64,000 nucleotides of DNA from NCBI GenBank assembly GCA_963836075.1, contig CAWIIB010000001.1, forward strand, positions 1,216,001 to 1,280,000, written 5' to 3'. The notes beneath the pieces are model-generated. The model worked only from the letters and a program-made list of their open reading frames with translations, was not told the DNA's origin and searched no databases. Both the position numbers and the translations under genes were made by a program. The DNA comes from an uncultured Acidobacteriota bacterium (GTDB lineage: Bacteria; Acidobacteriota; JAQAZP01). Positions 1 through 10,423 of the stretch are shown here, piece by piece. Position 1 is the first letter of the stretch; every line of letters begins with the position of its first letter.

Positions 1-540
1 GCCACCCCGTCGATCCGCTGCAGCGGCATGATAATCTGGTTCTGGATCAGGTTGTAAGGGTCGATCAGGCCGGGGTCCACGGTGAGCCCCAGCACCATCA
101 CCGGGATGCTGGCCTCGTCCTCCTTGCGGATGGTGATGCGGTCGGCGTCCTCGGGCATCCGCACCCGGGCGCGTTCGATGCGGTCGCGCAGTTCGCGGTA
201 GGCCACGTCCATGTCGGTGCCGCTTTTGAACTGCAGCGAGATGAAAGCGATGCCGGTGCGGGCGTAGGACCTGATGCCGTCGATGCCGGCAACGGTGCTC
301 ACCTCTTCCTCCAGGGGGAGGATGATCTTTTCCAGCATCTCCTGGGGCGGTGCGTCCCGCCAGGGCACGCGGATGCCGAGGAAGGGATTGTTGAACCCGG
401 AGGGGATCAGCTCGAGGGGGATGCCGATGGTGGCCACCACGCCCACCACCAGGGCGCTGGCCAACATGACCAGTACCGGCAATCCGGCGGTTCAGTGAGA
501 ACCGTGGCAAGGCCTCCTCGAGCTTGCGCCTGTCCTTCAC
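1..540 (-). CDS. AcrB/AcrD/AcrF-family RND permease, second subunit (N-terminal part; runs off the window; apparent 1-nt frameshift near 478)
   Basis: Manual translation: GTG at 540 gives MKDRRKLEEALPRFSLNRRIA; after one extra base the frame reads VLVMLASALVVGVVATIGIPLELIPSGFNNPFLGIRVPWRDAPPQEMLEKIILPLEEEVSTVAGI, a typical AcrB TM1/PN1 start. Lies directly downstream of another AcrB gene. Confidence 0.8.
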   Translation of the reverse strand, partial: MKDRRKLEEALPRFSLNRRIAGTGHVGQRPGGGRGGHHRHPPRADPLRVQQSLPRHPRALAGRTAPGDAGKDHPPPGGRGEHRCRHRRHQVLRPHRHRFHLAAVQKRHRHGRGLPRTARPHRTRPGADARGRRPHHHPQGGRGQHPGDGAGAHRGPRPDRPLQPDPEPDYHAAAADRRGG

Positions 541-565
541 CGGTCAAACCTCCCCTCACCCTCAA

Positions 566-3500
566 CTATACCAGTTCGGCCGGCGTGGCCGGCTCGCGGC
601 TGCCGAAAATCAGGTCCCGGCCCCGCTCGATCACGGCATAGACGCTGGGAATCACCAGCAGGGTCAACAGTGTGGATACGGTCAGTCCGCTGATCACCGA
701 GATGGCCATCGGCGTGCGAATCTCCGCGCCGTCGCCCAGCCCGAGGGCCATGGGCAGCAGGCCCAGGGCGGTGGTGGCGGTGGTCATCAGGATCGGCCGC
801 AGCCGCACCGTGCCGGCGGTGACGATGGCCTCGTTGCGCTCCATGCCCCGCCGCCGCAGGGTGTTGATGTAGTCGATAAAGACAATGGCGTTGTTCACCA
901 CGATACCGGCGAGCATGATCATCCCCAGGAAGACCACCACCGAGAGGCTGATCCCGAAGAGCTTCAGGGCCAGCATGGTACCGAGGAAGGCCAGCGGGAT
1001 GGTGAGCATGATCACCAGCGGCTGCATCAGCGACTCGAACTGGGCGGCCATGATCACGTAGACCAGGAAGATGGAGAGGCTGAGGGCCAGGATCAGGCTG
1101 CCCCGGCTCCGCTCCCACTCCAGGTTCTGGCCGGTGATGTAGAAGGTCATGTCCGACGGCCAGTCCAGGGCCCGGAGCTCATCCTCGATGCGGTTCACCG
1201 CGACGCCCAGGGAACCCTGACCGAGGTTCGCGGTGACCAGCGCCACCCGCCGGCCGTCCACCCGGCGCACCTCGCTGGGCCCTTCGGCCAGGTCGATGGC
1301 GGCCACGGCGGAGAGCGGGATCGGGTGCTCGCCGCCGGGGTTGACCACGAAGTCGCGAATATCCTCCACCCGGCTGCGGTCCGCCTCCTCGAAGCGGACG
1401 ATCAGCGGGATCCGCCGGTCGCCGAGGTTGAAGCGGGTCGCCTCGTAGCCCTTCACCGCGTTGCGCACCTGGTCGGCCACCCGGGCGATGTTGAGACCGA
1501 AGCGCGACAGCTGGTCCCGGTTGTACTCGATCTGCACTTCCGGCGCCCCGCTGCGCTGGGTGGTCTCCACGTCGGTCAGTTCGGACAGGCCGGCCATGGT
1601 GTCCCGGACTTTCTCCGCCATCCGCCGCAGCCGGGGCAGGTCCTCCCCGTGGATCTCCACCTCGATGGGCGTGCGGAAGCTGAAGAGCACCGGCCGCGTC
1701 ACCCGCGACTCGAGGTCGGGGATTTTCTCCAGCTGGCGCCTGACCCGGTCAGCCACCCGCTGTTCCACCCGAGGGTCGGAGGTATCGAGGATCACCTTCA
1801 GTTTGGCGGTGTGCTCGCCCTCGTCGGAACGCTGGCTGGTGGCCGGATCGAAACCGAAGGTCAGCAGCAGCGAGTCGATATGCTCACGCTCGGCCAGCAC
1901 GGCCTGCTCCACCGGTGAAAGCAGCGCCACCGTCTCTTCCAGGGGCGTGCCCACCGGCAGGGCAGCCTCGATGGTGAACTCGCCCTGGTGCACCTCGGGC
2001 AGCAGCTCGCTGTCCAGACTGAGGGCCAGCCAGCCGGTGACCACTATGCTGAGGATGGTGACCAGCACCATGCTCAGCGGGTGATCCACGGCCCAGCGTA
2101 CGGTGGGGGGGTAAAACCGGTTGAGCAGGGCCAGCAGCCAGTTCATCATCTTGAGCGGCAGGACGGTGATCAACCAGAAGACGTAGATGATGGCCTTGCC
2201 GAGAAAGACCTGCCAGATCCAGGACAGTCCCATCAGAATGGCGTAGAGCAGCTTGCCCACGGCTTCCAGGGCGGTTCCCACCACCAGCCGCGGTAGCCAG
2301 TAAAGCAGGTAGATCCAGCGCCGGATGCGGTTGCCCCGGCCGAAGTCGCCGCGGAAAACATGCCAGCTGGCTGTGGGCCAGAAGGAGGGTTTCCGCTCGG
2401 CCAGGGAACTGACCGCGATGCCGCGGCGGCTGGCCAGCATGGGAATGAAGAAGATGGCCACCAGCAGGGAGACCAGCAGCGAAATCACCACCGCCAGCCC
2501 CAGGTTGCCGAAAGCCTGGCCGGCCACGCCGACCACGAAGACCATGGGGAAGAACACGGCGATGGAGGTCAGGGTGGAGGCCACCACCGCCATCCGCACC
2601 TCGGCCGCACCGCGGCTGGCCGCCTGCTCCAGGTCGTCCCCCTCCTCGCGGCAGCGGTAGATCGACTCCAGCACCACGATGGAGGAGTCGACCAGCATAC
2701 CGATGCCCATGGCCAGGCCACCGAGACTCATGATGTTCAGGCTCACCCCGAGGATGTTCATCGGGGCAAAGGTGTCCAGCAGACTGATCGGGATGCTCAC
2801 CGCGATGATCAGGGTGGGCACGAATTTGCGCAGGAAGAGGAAGAGCACAAGCACGGCCAGCAGGCCGCCGATGATCGCCGTGTTGAGCACCTCGTTGACG
2901 CTGCTCTCGATGAACACCGAGCGGTCGGCCACCAGTTTGAGTTTCACGCCCTCGTCGCGGTACAGTTCGGCGGCCAGCTCGCTCTCCCGCTGCCCACCAG
3001 GGCGACGGCCCCGTCCCTCAGGCTCATCCCCTTCCGGTTTCTCCTCCGCGGCTTCGATCTCGGCCGCCAGCAGTTCGTCGATGTCCCCCACCCGCGTCTT
3101 GATGCTCTTGGCCAGGGAGACCATGTTGGCGTCGGCCTCCTTGAAGACCTCGATCTGGACGCTCTCGCTGCCGTCGGTGCGGGTGGTGATCTGGCGTTCC
3201 CGGTGACCCCAGCGAACCTGGCCCAGGTCGCGAATCCGGATCTGGCGGCCCTCCCTGATCACGACCACCGTGTCCTCGATCTGCTGCAGGTTCTGGTATT
3301 CGTTGATCGTCCGCACCATGTACTCGGTGCTGCCCTCCTTGAGCGTCCCGCCGGCCACGTTGATGTTCTCCTGGGCCAGCCGGTCAATCACCTGCTGGGC
3401 CGAGATTCTGGCCCGGCGCAGCTGCTCCTCGTCCAGCAGCACGTGGATCTCTTCCTCCAGCCCGCCGCGGATCCGCACAGCGGCCACACCCTTTACCGGC

Positions 3501-4015
3501 TCCAGTGCGCGCTTGACCTGCAGCTCGGCAATGCGGCGCAGCCGCCGCAGGCCCTCCTCGCCCTCGAACTGTTCGCCCTCGCCGGAGAGGCTCAGTTCGA
3601 GCACCGGGTCGAGGGAGGGGTCGAAACGGAGGATCAGCGGCCGCTCCGCCTCGTCAGGGAGAAAGACCAGGTCGAGTTTTTCCAGGGTGTCCTGCACCGC
3701 GTCGGACATCTCGGTGTCCCAGGAGAACTCCAGCACCACGTCGCTGACATCGGCCCGACTGACACTCCAGATGCGTCGCAGCCCGCCGATCACGCCCAGG
3801 GCTTCCTCCACCGGGCGGGTGATGTCGTTCTCCACTTCTTCGGGAGCTGCGCCGGGGTACTCGGTGCGCACGGTGAGGGTGGGATAGCTCAGCTCCGGCA
3901 TCAGGGTCACCGGGAGCCGGCCGTATGAGAAATAGCCGAAGACCACCGCGGCAAGGAAGACCATCAGGATGGCCACCGGCCGGCGGGTGACGAAGCTGTG
4001 GCTCTCGCTGCTCAC
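566..4015 (-). CDS. RND efflux transporter permease (AcrB/AcrD/AcrF family)
   Basis: 1149 aa; motifs RRPVA, YPGAAPEEVE, LNIMSLGGLAMGIGMLVDSSIVVLESI, GIVVNNAIVFID, RLRPILMT. Confidence 0.95.
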   Translation of the reverse strand: MSSESHSFVTRRPVAILMVFLAAVVFGYFSYGRLPVTLMPELSYPTLTVRTEYPGAAPEEVENDITRPVEEALGVIGGLRRIWSVSRADVSDVVLEFSWDTEMSDAVQDTLEKLDLVFLPDEAERPLILRFDPSLDPVLELSLSGEGEQFEGEEGLRRLRRIAELQVKRALEPVKGVAAVRIRGGLEEEIHVLLDEEQLRRARISAQQVIDRLAQENINVAGGTLKEGSTEYMVRTINEYQNLQQIEDTVVVIREGRQIRIRDLGQVRWGHRERQITTRTDGSESVQIEVFKEADANMVSLAKSIKTRVGDIDELLAAEIEAAEEKPEGDEPEGRGRRPGGQRESELAAELYRDEGVKLKLVADRSVFIESSVNEVLNTAIIGGLLAVLVLFLFLRKFVPTLIIAVSIPISLLDTFAPMNILGVSLNIMSLGGLAMGIGMLVDSSIVVLESIYRCREEGDDLEQAASRGAAEVRMAVVASTLTSIAVFFPMVFVVGVAGQAFGNLGLAVVISLLVSLLVAIFFIPMLASRRGIAVSSLAERKPSFWPTASWHVFRGDFGRGNRIRRWIYLLYWLPRLVVGTALEAVGKLLYAILMGLSWIWQVFLGKAIIYVFWLITVLPLKMMNWLLALLNRFYPPTVRWAVDHPLSMVLVTILSIVVTGWLALSLDSELLPEVHQGEFTIEAALPVGTPLEETVALLSPVEQAVLAEREHIDSLLLTFGFDPATSQRSDEGEHTAKLKVILDTSDPRVEQRVADRVRRQLEKIPDLESRVTRPVLFSFRTPIEVEIHGEDLPRLRRMAEKVRDTMAGLSELTDVETTQRSGAPEVQIEYNRDQLSRFGLNIARVADQVRNAVKGYEATRFNLGDRRIPLIVRFEEADRSRVEDIRDFVVNPGGEHPIPLSAVAAIDLAEGPSEVRRVDGRRVALVTANLGQGSLGVAVNRIEDELRALDWPSDMTFYITGQNLEWERSRGSLILALSLSIFLVYVIMAAQFESLMQPLVIMLTIPLAFLGTMLALKLFGISLSVVVFLGMIMLAGIVVNNAIVFIDYINTLRRRGMERNEAIVTAGTVRLRPILMTTATTALGLLPMALGLGDGAEIRTPMAISVISGLTVSTLLTLLVIPSVYAVIERGRDLIFGSREPATPAELV

Positions 4016-5262
4016 TGGCCGGCCACCTCCGCGTCCTCCGACGCTTCCGCGTCGTCCGGCACGTCGGTCTGTTCCTCCTCGGCAGTTTCGGTCACCACGC
4101 TGTCATCGTCCGGCGGACTGTTATCCGCATCCGCGACGGTTTCCTCGTCCTCTGGATCCGGATCCCCGGGCAGCCTGACCAGGGCCCCGTCCTTGAGGCC
4201 CGACTGTCCGGCGGTGACGATCAGGTCGCCGTCCTCGAAACCCTCCAGCGGCTCGACGAACATGGCGTCCTCCAGTTGCGGCACCAGGCGCACCCGCTCC
4301 ACGTCGCGCTCGCCGGCCAGGCGGAAGACGAAGATCTGGTCGTTCTCGTAGACCAGCGCCCGCTTGGGCACCAGCAGGGCATCGTCCTTTGTGGAGGCCA
4401 CCAGCTCCACCTCGACATACATTCCGGGCCGCAAGCCTTCCTGGCGGGGGATGGCCACGGTGACCTTCACCGTGCCGGTACCCGGGTCCACCGATGGGGC
4501 AATACGGTCGACACTGCCGCTGAACATCCGATCACCCATGGCATCGGCGCGAATCCGGGCGGTCTGACCCTTGTGCAGCCGGGAGAGCTCTTTTTCGGGA
4601 ACAAAGATCCGGGCCACGATGGAATCGAAGTCCACGATCTGGAACAGAGGCTGGTTGACGGTGACGTAGTCGCCGAGATTGACCATCCGTGAGACCACCA
4701 CCCCGGAGATCGGCGCCTTTACCGAGGTGTAGGCCAATTCGCGCTCGGCGTCATCGCGGGCCAGCAGCAGCTGCTCCACTTCATAGCTGGCCTCGTTGTA
4801 GACCTGCTCGCTGATCAGTTCCTGCTGGAAGAGCTTTTCCTGCCGGGCCAGTTCCCGCTGGGCCTGGGCCAGCTGGCCGTTGACCTTGGCCAGGGCGGTA
4901 TGCTGCATGTCGTCCTGCAGTTTGACCATCAACTGGCCGGCGCGAACCGCATGCCCCTCTTCGACTTTCAGCTGCTCTACAATCCGCGGGGCCTGGGCAA
5001 AGACCTGGACGTCCCTCTCGGCCTCGAGGTTGGAGGCGAAGCGCAGCACGGCTTCGATGTGGCCCCGCTCAATGGCTGCCACCTCAACCGGCACGGCCTC
5101 CCGTTCATTATTTTTCGATTCATCGGCGGCCTCTTCCCCGTTTTCCTTGCCGCCCTCCGGACCGCCCACGCTGATCTCACAGCCGGTGAGCGCCAGCGTG
5201 GCACCGAGAAGCAGTGCCGGCACACCCCACCCGAACACCCGTTTCAACTTTGTTATAATCAT
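4012..5262 (-). CDS. RND efflux periplasmic adaptor (MFP) lipoprotein
   Basis: ATG at 5262 behind a GAGGGG RBS; lipobox ALTGC; VEEGHAVRAGQ, APISGVV, LRPGMY and LLVP motifs; 4-nt overlap with the AcrB gene. Confidence 0.93.
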   Translation of the reverse strand: MIITKLKRVFGWGVPALLLGATLALTGCEISVGGPEGGKENGEEAADESKNNEREAVPVEVAAIERGHIEAVLRFASNLEAERDVQVFAQAPRIVEQLKVEEGHAVRAGQLMVKLQDDMQHTALAKVNGQLAQAQRELARQEKLFQQELISEQVYNEASYEVEQLLLARDDAERELAYTSVKAPISGVVVSRMVNLGDYVTVNQPLFQIVDFDSIVARIFVPEKELSRLHKGQTARIRADAMGDRMFSGSVDRIAPSVDPGTGTVKVTVAIPRQEGLRPGMYVEVELVASTKDDALLVPKRALVYENDQIFVFRLAGERDVERVRLVPQLEDAMFVEPLEGFEDGDLIVTAGQSGLKDGALVRLPGDPDPEDEETVADADNSPPDDDSVVTETAEEEQTDVPDDAEASEDAEVAGQ

Positions 5263-5562
5263 GGCCCCCTCGTGGAATCCTATCCCTATGATGCCATTCG
5301 ACCCGCTACAGATGGCTCTGGTGTTTATAACGTCTGAAACCATGGAAACTTAACTGCCGGGGCGATTTGTGCGCCCGATCAAGCACTCCCCGAAACTCCT
5401 GTAACCATACGTTGGGGCATGAGAAATAGTTCTGGAGAGCGGGAGCAGGGGATGCAGCCGTCCGGACGCGCTGCGCATGGCGGGATGGAACCGTTGAATT
5501 CGGGCGTAATCGAGGGGCGGGAGAGACGCCCTGCGCCCCTCCCGCCCGGTTGGGAAACGTGA

Positions 5563-6627
5563 TCAGTCGACGTAGGCCAGGCCGAAGGGGTTCAACCCCA
5601 CGGTCACTTCGCCGAGATAAACGGGCACCGGGTCGCCGCTGCTGGTGCGATACACGGTGACCTTGTCGCTCTCGCCACCGGAGTGGGTCACGAAGAGCTT
5701 CCGCCCGTTGGGGGTGAGCGCGATGTTGTGAGGCACGCCATACGGTGTATCCACAGGGTCACCGACGGCCATGTTGGTGCGGGTGTCGATGGTCCACAAC
5801 GCGTCCACTCCGCCGCCGGGCAGGTTGGTGGCGTAGAAGAAGCGTCCGCTGCGCGCCATCCCGGCACCGTGGGCGCCGGGGACGGTGAGTTCCATTACCG
5901 GTTCCATGGTGAACCGGTTGAGGATGTGCACCATGCCGCTGCCCTGGGCCGGGACGTAGAGGTAGGGGTTGCGGGGGGTGAGCGACAGGTGCGGGTCGTC
6001 ACCGACGGCCGCCCGGGCCAGTTCCTCGTAGGTGCGGGCGTCGAACTGCACCACGTAGTCCATGTCACCGTCCACGCCGATCACCGAAACGAAGGCATAA
6101 AATCCCCGGGGGGCAACCACCACGTCGTGGGGCTTGCCGCCCATGGCGACCAGGTCCGCCGGGGTGGGCACCACGGCCACGGTTTCCAGGGTCCGCATGT
6201 TGACCACCGCGGTGGTGTTGTCCACGTCGCAGTTGACCCACAGTTTGCCGGTGTGGTTGCTGCCCCACATGTGGAAAACACCCTCGCCCACACTGGCCGT
6301 GCCCACCACGTCGAAAGTCCGCGAATCGAAGGCCACCACGCGGTCGTTGGCCCGATCACCGACGAACACCCGCCGAAGGTTCGGTGCGGCAAAGACATAC
6401 ATCGGTTCCGGCGGGTTGTCGCCTGCCGGGAGATCGTAGGTGCCGAGGAGCTGGTCGGTCCTCGTGGAAATGACGGAAATGGTGCCGGACGCACGGTCAG
6501 CGATCACAATTTTGCCTGCGCCGTGGTGCGGACCGGATGCCTGCAGCGGAGCCGACAGGCCCAAAACGGCGACCAGCGCGGCCACCAGAATACAACTGAA
6601 CCAGAAACCCTGTGTCTTCGTTCTCAT
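5563..6627 (-). CDS. Secreted YVTN/YncE-type beta-propeller protein
   Basis: Signal peptide; repeated blades (GTISVIST, PHNIALTPNGRKLFVT, VGLNPFGLAY). Confidence 0.8.
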   Translation of the reverse strand: MRTKTQGFWFSCILVAALVAVLGLSAPLQASGPHHGAGKIVIADRASGTISVISTRTDQLLGTYDLPAGDNPPEPMYVFAAPNLRRVFVGDRANDRVVAFDSRTFDVVGTASVGEGVFHMWGSNHTGKLWVNCDVDNTTAVVNMRTLETVAVVPTPADLVAMGGKPHDVVVAPRGFYAFVSVIGVDGDMDYVVQFDARTYEELARAAVGDDPHLSLTPRNPYLYVPAQGSGMVHILNRFTMEPVMELTVPGAHGAGMARSGRFFYATNLPGGGVDALWTIDTRTNMAVGDPVDTPYGVPHNIALTPNGRKLFVTHSGGESDKVTVYRTSSGDPVPVYLGEVTVGLNPFGLAYVD

Positions 6628-7054
6628 GTACTACCTTTCTTTTGCTGACGGGCGACGGCCCGGGGGGCGGTTTTCCGCCGGTGCCCCTGCCGGCGCCCTG
6701 ATGGTCGAGAGAGAAACCGTTTCCCGGTTACCCGGGAGGGACCCGTAAACGGTCTGGAATCTGCCGCCTGCCGACGGTCCGACGGCGGCCTGTGCAATGT
6801 GAAAAGGGCGGATACTGCGAACTGCCCACCCTGAAACATAGTACGGTCCGGAATCGGAAAGTGTGACAAGAAATATTTTGAGAGTGTCTGACCACCATCT
6901 GAAATTGATCGGCACTCCCGGCCGTGGTAACCTTTCGTCTCGGTTTCATATCTTGATTTTCGAAGATCAAACTCAATCCCGGACCGCACCAATCCGGAAC
7001 GGACCGGTGGATTCATCATCGCCCCTCCGGGGCAGAGTCAGGAGACGCAAGATC

Positions 7055-10000
7055 ATGAACAGACGGGAAACTACCATATCCCGGTCGCTGGCCATTTTCG
7101 CCGCGGCCCTGGTCCTCACCCTTGCCGGTTTCGGGAGCAGTACCGGCTGCCGGAGACGACTCCGCCAAGCGTCCGCTGATGCGCTATCCCGACATCCACG
7201 GGGACACGGTGGTCTTCGTCTACGGCAACGACATCTGGAAGGCGCCGGCAACTGGCGGAACCGCGGTGCGACTGACGGTTCATGACGGGGATGAAAGCTT
7301 TCCCCGCTTCTCGCCCGACGGCTCGCTGATCGCCTTTACCGGCGAGTACGACGGTGGTGCCGACGTCTACGTGATGGACACCGACGGCGGCGAGATCACC
7401 CGGGTCACCTGGGAGCCCGGCTATGACCAGGTGGTGGGCTGGCACCCGGTGAAGAACAAGATCATCTTTACCTCCTCGCGGAACACCAACAGCCGGGTGG
7501 GCCGGCTCTATCTCATCTCGCCCGACGGCACCGGCCTCGAGGAACTGATCATGCACTGGGCCGTGGCCGGCAGTTTCTCCCCCGACGGCAAGCAGATCGC
7601 CTTCAACAAGGTCTCCCGCGAGGACCGCACCTGGAAACGCTACCAGGGCGGCCTGGCCCAGGAGGTGTATCTCTACGATTTCGCCACCGACGAGGAGCGG
7701 AACCTGACCAACTTCGAGGGCACCGACCGCACACCGATGTGGATCGGCGACACGGTCTATTTCACCTCCGACCGGGACGGTGTGCTCAACGTCTACTCCG
7801 CTGACCCGGCAACCGGAACCATCGAACAGGTCACCCGGCACACCGAATACGACGCGCGTCGCCCGAGCATGGGCGGCACGAGAATCGTCTACGAACTGGG
7901 CGGCTCCCTCTGGCTGCTGGATACGACCAGTGGCGAGACGGCACAGATCCCGGTGGAGATCCGCGCCGATGCGCCGGAGATCCGGCCGGCATTGGTCGAT
8001 GTTGCAGACCAGGTCCGCGGCATCGACATCTCACCCTCGGGCAAGCGTGCCCTGGTCACCGCCCGGGGCGAGGTCTTTTCCGTGCCCCAAAAAAACGGAC
8101 CCACCCGCAACTTGAGCAGCGACTGCGGCGCCCGGGAGAAGGACGCCGCCTGGAGCCCGGACGGCGCGAAAGTCGCCTGGATCTCCGACAGGAGCGGCGA
8201 GTACGAGATCTGGATGGCCGAAGCCGATGGCAGCGGCGAACCGGTAAAGCTGACCAGCCACGAGGACGGCTACCGCCACACGCTCCGCTGGAGCCCGGAC
8301 AGCAGCAAGATCGCCTTTGCCGACCAGACCCTGCGCTGCTTCTACCTCGACGTCGACTCGAAGATGATCACCGAGATCGACAAGGCCGACTTCGAGGACG
8401 TGGACGTCTCGATCGACCTCAAGCCGATCCACGACTTTTCCTGGAGCCCGGACAGCCGCTTCGTCGCCTACTCCAAGATGGACGAAACTCTGGTACAGAA
8501 GGTCTACATCCACGAACTGGCGTCGGGGATCAACCGCTGCGTGAGCAGCGGCCTGTTCAACGATTTCGGCCCGGTATTCTCCCGTGACGGGCAGCATCTC
8601 TTCTTCGTCTCCAACCGCCGGTTCAACCCCACCTTCTGCGACTTCGAGTGGGAGATGGTCTACAAAAAGGTGGCCGGGATCTACTGCCTGACCCTGCAGG
8701 TCGACGGCGACCCGCTGCTGCCGCCGCAGAGTGACGAGGAGCCTGCCGGCGAGGAGGAAAGCGATACCAGCGGGGACGAGGAGGGTGACGACGCCGACGT
8801 GGTCATCGACTTCGACGGCCTGGCCGAGCGTATCGAAGCCCTGCCCCTGCCCCGGGGTAACTACCGCAACCTGGCCTCCGGCGACGGTACGCTCTATTAT
8901 CTCGACGCCGATGAGGGCGACTTCAACCGCTTCGAGTTCCGCAACGTGCGATCCCGCGACCTCCACGCCTTCTCCTTCGAGGACCGCGAAGCGGAGACCG
9001 TGATCGAGGGCATCAGCGCCTACCGTCTCTCGGCGAACGGCAAGAGCATCGTCTACCGCAAGCGCCCGGGTGTGGGCATCATCTCCGCCTCCGACCGGAA
9101 ATCGAAAGGCGGCAGCCTCGATCTCTCCGGCCTCAAAATTAAAATCGACCCGGCTGCCGAGTGGGCCCAGATCTTCAACGAGGCCTGGCGGCTGGAGCGG
9201 GACTTCTACTACGACCCCAACACCCAGGGGATCGACTGGCCGGCAATGCGCGAAAAATACGGGCGGCTGCTGCCCTTCGCCTCCTGCCGGCAGGATCTGA
9301 CTTACATCATCGGGGAGATGATCGGCGAACTGAACACCTCCCACACCTACGTCTACTCCGGTGACAGCCGGCGTCAGGCCGAGCGGGTGAACATCGGCAT
9401 GCTGGGCGTGGACTGGGAAGTGGACGATGCAGCCAGCCGCTACCGTTTCGGCCGGATATTGGATGTGGCCGACTGGACCCTGGACGTGATTCCGCCGCTG
9501 GCCGGCCCGGGCAAGGACGTGGCCGCCGGCGACTACCTGCTGGCGGTGAACGGCACCGAGGTCACCGCCGACCGCAACGTCTACAGCTACTTCGAGGGCC
9601 TGGCCGGCCAGCAGGTGACCCTGCTGGTCAACGGTTCACCATCGGTGGACGGGGCGCGGGAACTGGTGGTGGAACCGCTGCGTTCCGAGCGGACCCTGCG
9701 TTACCGCGCCTGGGTCGAGGACAACCGGAAGAAGGTGGAGGAGGCCTCCGGCGGCAAACTGGGCTACATGCACCTGCCCGACACCTTCACCTCATCCACC
9801 CGGGAGTTCCCCAAGTATTTTTACGGCCAGACGAGAAAGCAGGGCCTGGTGATCGACGGGCGGTTCAACGCCGGCGGCCTGGACCCCGATATCTTTCTCC
9901 AGCGCTTGAACAAAAAGACCCTGGCCTACTGGACCCGAAGGTATTCCCACGACCAGAGCACTCCGTCGGTGGTCACCCGGGCCCACCTGGCCCTGCTGAC

Positions 10001-10355
10001 CAACCGGCGGGCCGGTTCGGGAGGCGACATGCTGCCGATGGAGTTCCAGATGCACAAGATGGGGCCGGTGATCGGCACCCGCACCTGGGGCGGCCTGGTG
10101 GGGGTCTCGATGTTCATCGGACTGATCGATGGTGGAGCAATCACCGCCCCCGACTACCGGATCTATGACCCCAGCGGCAAGTGGATCGTGGAGGGCGAAG
10201 GAGTGACCCCCGACATCGAGGTGGAGCTGAACTCGGCCGAGATGGCCCGCGGCGAGGACGCCCAGCTGAACACCGCCATCGACTACCTGATGAAAAAGAT
10301 CGAGGAGGAGCCGCGGCCCTGGCCCCAGCACGAACCGTTCCCCACGGACAAGTAG
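7055..10355 (+). CDS. Tricorn protease homolog (peptidase S41, PD40 propellers plus PDZ); signal peptide separated by a 1-nt frameshift near 7120
   Basis: RYPDIHGD start, PD40 repeats (FSPDG), AWRLERDFYYD, ELNTSHTY, DGRFNAGG, catalytic AGSGGD, IGTRTWGG. ATG at 7055 with GGAG RBS encodes a signal peptide in a frame one base off the main ORF (7122..10355). Confidence 0.92.
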
Positions 10356-10378
10356 GAATCAGGAACAAATGAAACAAA

Positions 10379-10415
10379 ACGGGGACTGGCAACCGAGCTG
10401 CCGGTCCCCTTTTTC
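10379..10415. terminator. Intrinsic (probably bidirectional) terminator between tricorn and pilT
   Basis: GGGGACTGGCA-accgagc-TGCCGGTCCCC stem with a T-run after it and an A-rich tract before it, between convergent genes. Confidence 0.75.
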
Positions 10416-10423
10416 ATGCTCGC

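Noticed and set aside
7110-7130. Programmed +1 frameshift in the tricorn gene
   Set aside because: CTT is not followed by a stop and there is no internal Shine-Dalgarno as in prfB; an indel error is simpler.
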